Assembly: GCA_951406725.2 (NCBI GenBank)
Contig: OX597819.1
Coordinates: 74,896,001-74,960,000, forward strand
Direction: 5' to 3'
From: Octopus vulgaris
Lineage: Eukaryota
Length of the DNA: 64,000 nucleotides
The stretch's first letter is position 1. Every line of letters begins with the position of its first letter. This document shows positions 55,258 through 64,000 of this stretch, one piece after another. Under the pieces are notes generated by a model. That model was not told the DNA's origin. It did not search any database and saw only the letters and a list, made by a program, of their open reading frames with translations. A program made the translations under genes and the position numbers.

Positions 55258-55318
55258 TTAAAGCAAATTTTCTGAAATACAGACATCAAATGACAACAAT
55301 TCCAAGAGTTTCTCTTAC

Positions 55319-55381
55319 CAACTTTAGTTTATGCTTTCATCAATTCACCCACTTGTGCTGCAAACACTTTACCAGCTTGAC
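55319..55381 (-). pseudogene. SCPEP1: SCPEP1-like 63-nt exon with in-frame TAA
   Basis: ttacag|GQAGKVFAAQVGELMKA*TKV|gtaaga; aligns with GQA..VF.....DFMKPV...V and joins the next exon in phase. Confidence 0.75.
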
Positions 55382-55494
55382 CTGTAATTAAAAAACAAAA
55401 ATTGTCATAAACAATGTCTTTTTTTTTCCAAACAATAGTCTACAGACATCATCATAGATCTATGTTCCATGTTGGCATTAGTTGGATGGTTTAA

Positions 55495-55682
55495 CCCTTT
55501 ACCATTCATCTTTCTCTGTCAAATGTAATGTTTATTTTTTCACATTGTTTTGTATTAATCATGAATTACCTTGTAGCTTTGAGATGGTTTCTTTCTAGAA
55601 TGACATTATAATGTAAGTGAGAGGCTAGATCTGGCTAGTTTGAGCATAAAACAATCTTTGAGCCAGATTAAACACTAAAAGA
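55495..55682 (-). mobile_element. piggyBac-like MITE, inverted relative to 55029-55257
   Basis: TTAA|ccctttaccattca...aacactaaaaga|TTAA; its reverse complement aligns by eye with the upstream copy. Confidence 0.75.
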
Positions 55683-56066
55683 TTAAAAAGATCCATGGAC
55701 TGCATTGTGCTCTGATGTCTGTCTTTACATGGTTTCTATGGCTCAGTGCCCTTCCTAATCCCAACCACTTTACAGAGTGTATTGGCTGATTTATTCATGA
55801 CACCAACACTAATGATGATTTTATATATATATATATGATGATGATATATATATTATTATTATTATTATTATTATCAGGTCACTGCCTGGAATCGCTTAGT
55901 CAGCGGGGTGGCGTCATTTGAAGGCTAAAACAATGCGAATGCATTGTGACCAGCGATGTGTAACAACATCTGATGGTCTGGTCGGTCCCGTCCCGTGATA
56001 TATATATATATATCATCATCATCATCATCGTTTAACGTCTGTTCCCCATGCTAGCATGGGTTGGAC

Positions 56067-56112
<46 letters not shown>

Positions 56113-56120
56113 CACACATA

Positions 56121-57245
56121 CAGGGTGAGTAAAAACTAGTGGCCAATTCCTGTTTTAGGGTTGATATGTGTGACTTCTCAATTGGGAGATACTATTGACT
56201 CGTAATTCTTGTTTTCTGGCTATCAGTTTATTGTTTGTTTGCAATTTGTTATTACAGTGTGCAAGAAGGGAGAAATAAATAAAAAACATGTTTTCAAATT
56301 AATTCATTTATTCAGGCTTTTACTTGCTATGTTCAAAGTGTCTTCCTTCATGATCAATGCACGATTGCAATCTAACAGGCACAGAATGACACACACACTT
56401 GCAGAGTTCACTTAATTTCCTCAAACTTTTCAATAATTTTAACTTTCAATTCCTGGATAGTACAAAGCTTTTCGCAATAAACTAAGTCAACAAGGGTCCC
56501 CCAAAGAAAGAAATCTGCCAATGTGAGGTCTGGGGGAGTGTGCAAGACCACTGTCCAGGAAAGTTTTATCAAGCCACTGACAAATATGTCAACCATAATG
56601 AGGAGGGGTGCTGTCTTATATAACAGTGCCCTGGGCCAAAAGAAAGTTTGTAGTATATCCAGGTACCTCCCCCCAGTGACAGCTCCCTCAAAGTAAAAGA
56701 GACCAATTTCTAACAGAGATGTAGCTGTCACACCAGGTAAGTCCACTTCCCTATCAAGCATCACTCTTGGATTCTCCTCACCTAGTAGGCACAACTGTGT
56801 CTGTTAATGGTGCCATTGAGCTTAAAACGGGCCTTGTCTGGCCACCAGATTCTGTCCAGCATTGTGTCTCTGTCAAGGTAAGCTGAGATCTCTTGCAAAA
56901 TTGAAGACAGTGGTCATCATCATCATGATGAAGGGCATGAAATGTAAGGCTTCCATTTTTTTCTGCTGAAGGATATGCATAACGTTTGGCTCACTCCAAT
57001 CTGTGCAGATATATGATAAGTTGGCTTTTGGTGGAGCTCGTCGCTGTCTCTCATGACATTCAGACATCGTTTCATTTGTAGCCATTTTTGGCTACTGATC
57101 CTGTTGTTTCAAGTCTCTTGACAATTTAAAGTGTGTCTTCCTTGAGGTGAGTTAAAATCAAATTCCTCGGCCAACGATTGGTTTCTGTTGCATTTGTTGT
57201 GAAGTTTCACAGCTGCATTGATTTATTAAAAGTGAATTCATGGGT
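56121..57245 (-). mobile_element. Tc1/mariner-superfamily transposase fossil
   Basis: IWWPDKARFKLNGTINRH (degenerate first-D motif) and PPDLTLADFFLWG.L...VY; TA|cagggtg terminus at 56121. Confidence 0.85.
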
Positions 57246-58938
57246 CAGCTTGATGTAAATTTAACTTTCAAAACTGTCAATAAATAACCTATAAAACAAG
57301 AGTGTGACGAACAATTTCACCATCCTGTTTACCTGAATTTGCAGGGTAGCCAAGTGCACCTGTCCTTTATTGAAACTAATTGATGACCCATCCTCCATTC
57401 CCCTGCTATATAAACTATCTTCCTGTTTACATATAGTACGCTTCATTACACTTTGTTGCACTTCATTTCTGCTTTCTAATTTGCTGTTGCACTCATTAAA
57501 GCTTTCCTGTCTAGACTACATTTCTTCTCATTGCAAGAGGTCAGGTTGAGACCAAAGAGTATAAGCAACAGGATACATAATCCAGGTTTAAAAACTCAGT
57601 AATAACCTGCAAAACAAAGAAAGAAAGGACTGACTTCCCAGAAAATGGGCGCTGCTTTTGATTTGCCCTCAAATCTGTCCTTCCCAAGCCATAAGTTCAT
57701 AAAATCAGCTTCTTGGATTCCATGTCAAATATAGCCTGCCCCTGGACAATATGCAAATCCATCACAGGATTACTCCTTTTTGCCAGCTAAGTGGACAAGT
57801 GCAAGATGAAACGAAAACAATGCATTGCCCACTCCAGGAATAGAAAAAAAAACAATCTCATAGCTTAACAACGACAATAATAATTCTTTCTACTGGAAGC
57901 ACAAGGTCTCAGATTTGAGGGAAGGGATTAAGTCGATAGGACCGACCCCAGTGCATAACTGGTACTTATTTAATCGACCTCAAAAGGATGAAAGGCAAAG
58001 TCAACCATGGTGGAATTTGGATTCAGAACGTAGCAGCAGACGAAATACTGCTAAGTATTTCTCCTGGTGTGCTAACGGTTCTGCTAGTTTGCTGCCTTAA
58101 TAATAATCTCTTATTATAAAAGGCAGATTTTATCTGCCTCCCTTTGTATCTTATAGAAATCTACAATATAGGATTTCTTCAATTACAATTTACCTAGCAT
58201 TTTTAAGAGTAGAATGCATCAGGTCGTGCAAGGTCCAGTTTTTAAAATTTCAACCCCAATTAAGCAAAATTTAGAGAAAACTCACATTGTGGTGTATAAG
58301 TCAAATGCATTTCTTAGTGTGGGTTACAGCACTCGCACACACACAAAAAGGGAGCGATCTGATTCACTCTCCTCAAATCTATGACTTTCTCTTTGCAAGT
58401 CTACTTTACAACACTACTCAAAAATAAAAAAAGCAGCAAACAGAAACAAATAAATACATAACGATTTACTCCTCACACAATTTCTTCAATTAGACTTTAC
58501 CTATGATTTTCAAAGAACTTCCATTGGGTCATGCCATACAAAGTTTCTTTCAATTTCACCCCCAATTAAGACAAAATTCGAGAAAACTCAATATTTTAAC
58601 ATTTCACTTTGAAGCCTTTACTCTGCCTATTACTCCCACTTCCTCTTTAGACACATAGACACGCTAATATATACGACAGTGTCAATTGTTGACAGACATT
58701 GTAAGCTAACGTGTGTGTGTGACAGGGATGACCCATTCAGACTGGTCATCCTTTTTGCTAGATCACCTATGCTACACCACTGGTTTTCAGTTCATATTAA
58801 TCAAATTAATATTCACAAGAAGAAGGACTATTCATTATAATACATCAGTTCCATCAGACAACTGCACAAACATTTGCCATTTTACACATGTATGTAAACA
58901 AATTCTTTTCTTTTAGAATTTCAATTCATTTTCTTTTT

Positions 58939-59665
58939 CACTCCATACAAAGTTATTTAGGACGAATATAACATCTAAAGTTATCTCTAAGAAGCAGAAA
59001 GATCGCCCAAAAGTGTATATAGATATTTAAATGTATTTATATATTCATCTATGCACACATGTATGTATAACGTGTGTGTATATATTTCCATAGAGGTAAC
59101 CATTCACTCCGCACAAAGTTTTTTAGGACGAAAATAACATCTAAAGTTATCTCTAAGAAACAGAAAGATCGCCCAAAAGTGTATATAGATTAGACACACA
59201 CATGTATGTATAATGTGTGTGTATATATTTCCATAGAGGTAACCATTCACTCCATACAAAGTTATTTAGGACGAATATAAGATCTAAAGTTATCTCTAAG
59301 AAACAGAAAGATCGCCCAAAAGTGTATATAGATATTTAAATGTATTTATATATTCATCTATACACACATGTATGTATAATGTGTGTGTATATATTTCCAT
59401 AGAGGTAACCATTCACTCTGCACAAAGTTTTTTAGGACGAATATAACATCGAAAGTTATCTCTAAGAAGCAGAAAGATCGCCCAAAAGTGTATATAGATA
59501 TTTAAATGTATTTATATATTCATCTATGCACACATGTATGTATAACGTGTGTGTATATATTTCCATAGAGGTAACCATTCACTCCATACAAAGTTTTTCT
59601 CTAGGACGAAAGATCTTTATATATAAATGTATTTATATATTCATCTATGCACACATGTATGTGTG
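58939..59665 (+). repeat. ~166-bp tandem repeat, ~4.5 copies
   Basis: Units start at 58939, 59105, 59248, 59414, 59580 (cactcc.tacaaagtt..ttaggacgaa...gaaagatcgcccaaaagtg); the second unit lacks ~23 bp. Confidence 0.92.
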
Positions 59666-59851
59666 TGTATAGGTTGTGTGTCTGTCTACTCCGATTTAGA
59701 TTCCTAACTACTCCCACATTTTGCAATGCAGTTTAACCAAAACCGAGTATCTTATAGTCGTGATTCATATCGAGCCCTTCTGGGTATTAGCGCGCGTCTA
59801 CGATGAGTCTACGATTTTACAAATAATTTACCATCATTTTTTCCCATTTTA

Positions 59852-60421
59852 ATGCATTTTTTTAAATTAAGGGAAGTAACTCTCAAACTTCACACCAATA
59901 TGCGTGCTCATATGCGACGTAATATCACATCAGCAGCATTTCCTCACACCCTCATTGCACTTGGCGAAGGCAAAATACCAGGGGATGAAAATGGTAATAT
60001 TGCCATCGATTCCATTTGTACCATTGTTAAGACGCCTTCTGATCTCAGAGATGCAGTGTTCCTAGATCTACAAGCTAATTATCAGAATATGGATTGGATT
60101 GGCAAAAAGGCTATACTGGCCCCAAGGAATAAAACTGTTCACCATATTAATGATGAAATGCTAAAACTCATTCCTGGGGAAGTATATGTATATCAGTCTA
60201 TCGATACAACTCCTGACCCAGAGGACGTCATCAACTATCCAATAGAGGTACTCAATTCCTTTGAGCACCCCGGACTACCACCACACTTTCTCAAACTTAA
60301 AGTTGGTGCCCCTATAATGCTCATCAGAAATTTGGTTCCCCCAAAACAATGCAATGGCACACGTTTGATCGTTAAGTCCTTATCTCCCAGCGTAAACTTA
60401 TATCAATATTTGCCTGAATAA
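59852..60421 (+). pseudogene. Helitron Pif1-family helicase fragment
   Basis: LHTNMRA, AILAPRN..V..IN, YPIEVLNS...PGLPPH.LKLKVGAPIMLIRNL.P...CNGTRLIV; lacks Walker A and the Rep domain. Confidence 0.9.
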
Positions 60422-60497
60422 TCATCATCATTCAGTGCAATCATTAACAGTACTTTCAATTAATTCAGCCCCGAGCAACGCCGGGCAATTCTGCTAG

Positions 60498-60823
60498 TAA
60501 TAAATATGGAGACCTGAGAATTGAGATCGCTAAGATGTGGCAGCTATGAGAGTTGAACATAAAATTTAACCCTATTGTCATCGGAGCATTGGGTTTAGTA
60601 CCACCCAATCTGAAAAAAAAACATCTGAAAACCTTAGAGATACCCTGCAATCTAGATGTATTGCAGAAGTCTGCATTACTTGGAACTACACATATATTGC
60701 ATAAAGTACTGTCTGTCTGAGGTCCTTGTTGTGACTCGACACAGTACAACCCCCTGGTAGATACAATATCTTCAATCAACAACCTCATCACATTGTATAT
60801 TGTGCAGCATCTATAATAATAAT
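60498..60823 (+). mobile_element. 3' end of an R4/Dong-like (restriction-like endonuclease) non-LTR retrotransposon
   Basis: KYGDLRIEIAKMW...PIVIGALGLVP..L...LQKSALLGTTHILHKVL* (stop at 60720), short UTR, taataataat tail. Confidence 0.8.
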
Positions 60824-60899
60824 GATTTCTTTATTAACCACAAGGGTTTACATTAAGAAAAACATTATCATCAGGACAAAACAAAGAATGTGCAAGTCA

Positions 60900-61375
60900 T
60901 CTCTATATATATATAAAACGGCAAAATGTCTGTGTGTGTGTATCCTTTATACAAATCCACAATTTTTCAGTTAGAGGGCTTGCACTTTCTATGGTCATTC
61001 AAAACTGTCTAAGGGTGGTTGTGAAGATCTTTTCATTTCCCCAGTTACCCCTGAAAACCATAAAAGAAAATCGATAAACTGAACCCTTATGTTTCAGGTA
61101 ACAAAAGTCTTTAATACAAGGGATGCAACTCCAGCAGTTTAATCTAAAGATATTAAACCATAGCAAGGGAAGTAACTCTTTAAAACTCTGCATTTTCCTC
61201 CCTTTGTTATGTATCACTCCTCTTTGGCTTTCAAACGTGCACACTTTTTTGATTTGAGAAATGGAGGGAATAATTAACGAGTTAGACCAAGTGAATGACA
61301 AGAGAGTGGATTTTCATGGAAGACCAAATATGCTTGACTAGCACTAGACCAGACAACACCGGGTCATAGTGCTAG
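60900..61375 (+). mobile_element. Short non-autonomous Helitron
   Basis: A|TCtctatatatatataaaa start; ends in hairpin ...ccgggtcatagtgCTAG|T. Confidence 0.7.
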
Positions 61376-61558
61376 TATAATAATGGTTTCAAATTTTGAT
61401 GCAAGGCTAGCAAGTTCAGGGTATAAATTAATTAACATCAACTTTGAAAGAACAAAAGGCAAAACTGAGCTCAGAACATAAAGACTGACAAAATGCTGCT
61501 AAGCACTTTTACCTGGCGTACCAACAATTCTACCAGCCCACCACCTTAATAATAATAA

Positions 61559-61833
61559 CTAGCACTATGACCGGCAATGCCGGGTCATAGTGATAGTGCA
61601 TGCATTAGCAAAAAAGCCACTTCCATTGATTTTTTTAATGGCTTTGCAGGGTGATTGGGGAAATGTAAATATGTAATATGTATATAGATAAATGTGTACA
61701 ATATGTATTAATTTCACATCTTAGATTCTGGGAAAACTTCCAAAAATCCGAAAATGTTCAATAAGAAACACACACAGCCTTGGTTTTATTTATCTCATTA
61801 TGAAAAAATAAATTTTATGTATTTATATATAGA
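61559..61833 (-). mobile_element. Short non-autonomous Helitron, opposite orientation
   Basis: Same terminal palindrome ctagcactatgaccggcaatgccgggtcatagtg at 61559; the reverse strand starts A|TCtatatataaa near 61833. Confidence 0.6.
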
Positions 61834-62519
61834 TATAGATATATACATACTATATATCATCATCATTGTTTAACATCCGCCTTCCATGCTAGCATGGGTG
61901 GGACGGTTTCACGAGCCAGCCAGGCAAAAGCCTGCACCTGTGACTGTTTTGGCAGGATTTTTTTTACAGCTGGGTGCCCTTCCTAACACCAACCACTCAG
62001 CAGAGTGGACTTAGTGCTTTTTATGTGGCACATGTACAGGTGAGGTCAGTTTTGGCAAGGTTTTTACAGTTGGATGCCCCTTCCGAACACCAACCACTTA
62101 ATAGTGTAGATTGGATACTTTTAAGTGACACCTGCACTGACAGGGTCACCAAGTACTTGCACGACAACAAGAAAGCTCTTTTGAGAGGGGAGGGGGCATT
62201 ATCGGAGGTGATCTTGTGTTGGATGATGAAAAGTTATAGTGAGACAGAAACAGGTGTCTTGCTGTAGAGGAGGTACAAAGTTACTCAGCCAGAAAGAGAG
62301 AGATCAGGAATGAAGACAGAAACATGTGCACTACCACAAAGGAAATACATGGTTACCCAACTTGAGGGAAGAAGAGAGTGGCAGATCGCAGGATAGAGAT
62401 GGTGGCAAAATGCTGGGCATACTTACAAGGAACAAGGATCAGAATATAAATGGGATGGTTGAGTAAAGGAAGAGAGATATGGATGGTGACAAGTGACAGG
62501 ACATACCCTTGGGGTTCAA

Positions 62520-63070
62520 ATACAATAAGTGGCAGGATATTGTGAAGGGAGTGTGAGTATAGTTAGCCTCGAAGGCATTTCCTTCGTCTGGTTCGTACTT
62601 AAACTCTTATCGAATTCCCCAATGTGTGTCTCGGGGAGGCTTTCTAAATCTTCAAAAGAAGCCTGCACCAAGATCTCCAGAGTTTGCGGGGCGTCTCTGG
62701 AGAACTGGATAATATTTATTTTTTTTCTTCCTGGCCGAAGAGAATAGTAGCTGCAATCCACGCCGCCCCCACCTCTGGCGGTATATTTTTAATTTTAATT
62801 CGAGAAGTTCTTCTGCCCAAATATAAGGGCAGAAGTAGAATATTCCCGCTTTGCACGATTCGAATCTAGAAGTCCTTAGCCTTCTCAGCCGACTCGAATC
62901 GTGCTTCGATTGTTGCGAACCTTGAACCTCTTGCCAGTATTTGATTTCGTTTAACATTGGCCCGAGGCATCTTTCAATAGTAGATTCTTCCAGATGCTCA
63001 AACTTTTTTCTCTGAGTTGAAGGATTTATATATAATAGTTTTTTTCTTGTCCGTGTTATCAGCTCGTTTG
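62520..63070 (-). mobile_element. Disrupted LINE ORF1-like remnant
   Basis: LARGSRFATIEARFESAEKAK...LPLYLGRRTSRIKIKNIPPEVGAAWIAATIL; homologous to the + strand ORF1 next to it. Confidence 0.65.
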
Positions 63071-63229
63071 GTGGTGTTATAGTACATTAAGTCGGCTAGG
63101 TTGCAGAATCGTCAGCACGCCGTGTGTGATGTTTCACGTTTTTTCGTCTATGTAAGTTGAATGGTTGGCGGTTGTATTTGTGTAATTGTTTTGGATTTTT
63201 GCTGTTCGCAGCGGTGGTGTTTTTGAGAA

Positions 63230-64000
63230 ATGGCAAGAAGGAACAGGTATTCTGACATCAGTGAGTCGGACCTGTCGACTTCGGAGGAGGAACTGGCGAG
63301 AGCGGTCAATAGACTGGATATGGCGTTGGAAGGAAGAAGGAGCTTTGCAGGAGCAATGAAACCAACAAGCAAAGAGGTTGACCATGCTAAGTTACTGGAT
63401 GGCCAAAAATGGGTGAAAAAGGTAGGCGGTGACGTAGAATTGTCTCTGCCAAGGAAAACGATGAAGGTTTTTGAAAGGAAAAACATAACGTACAAGGTGT
63501 TTAAAACTGATAAAAGAAAAATGGAAACAGTTGGAATGGAAATCGTGGGGGAGGCATTAAGGACAACAGCAGAAAAGGTAATATTCCTGACACGAGGGAA
63601 TAAATATGGTACTGTTGTTGTGCAGTTCGAGTCGGAGACAGTCGCTAGAAGGATGGCAGCAAGGACTATCAGAAGAGAAAAGTATTCCTTCTGCCCTCGT
63701 ATCTTGGCAGGAAGACGTCTAGAATCAGGGTGGAAGGAATCCTGCCCGTCGTAGAAGCTGAATGGGTAGTAGCAGCCATCCTCATTGTCAATGAGGATAA
63801 GGTGGATATACTGCAAGCTACGATTACGGGTGAAGGAAACTGGAAGGGAGGAATATTAGAGATGAGCATCCAAGCGGAAACTGAAGTCCTGGAGCGCCTG
63901 ACGGAGGTAATCACGTTGGGAAACATAAGTCTACGAGTATGGGTGGAGGGCAGAGCTCCTCGATGTTTTAAATGAGGCCTGAAAGGCCACATAAGAGCTA
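63230..64000 (+). mobile_element. Disrupted LINE ORF1 (L1/Tx1-like, zinc knuckle), runs off the window
   Basis: ORF 63230-63754 frameshifts into PSYLGRKTSRIRVEGI...RVWVEGRAPRCFK*GLKGHIRA (CCHC knuckle with the second Cys changed to TGA). Confidence 0.75.

Larger units (their letters stand above)
58107..60497 (+). mobile_element. Non-autonomous Helitron with Pif1-helicase fragment and internal tandem array
   Basis: A|TC start; 3' hairpin gccccgagcaacgccgggc then CTAG|T; no TSD. Confidence 0.8.

Noticed and set aside
58939-59665. Regularly spaced repeats as a CRISPR array
   Set aside because: Whole 166-bp units repeat with no unique spacers; eukaryotic context with no cas genes.
59852-60421. 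Pif1 ORF as a host helicase gene
   Set aside because: Intronless internal fragment lying between Helitron termini.
63148-63816. 222-aa minus-strand ORF as a separate gene
   Set aside because: Antisense shadow of the + strand ORF1 remnant.

Overview
AT-rich, repeat-dense eukaryotic DNA. The tRNA-derived SINE families and (CAT)n/(TA)n landscape suggest an octopus/coleoid cephalopod (inference). One complete gene reads by hand on +: ZNF207/BuGZ, 9 coding exons at 16499-37326 (~376 aa), with an 8.3-kb minor-spliceosome (U12-type) first intron and a 28-nt microexon. Converging on it from - are four 3' exons of an SCPEP1-like serine carboxypeptidase (55381-49659). These keep GT-AG sites, matching phases and the catalytic Asp/His motifs, yet carry two in-frame stops: one TGA at a conserved Trp, and one TAA in a frame-neutral exon bracketed by inverted MITEs. 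The rest is mobile DNA: a dead CR1/L2-type LINE, a Penelope-like element, RTE and R4/Dong remnants, a Tc1/mariner fossil, three Helitrons, hAT/piggyBac/mariner MITEs, two head-to-head zinc-knuckle ORF1 remnants and many SINEs. Coordinates were counted by eye, and repeat boundaries are approximate. No database searches were run.
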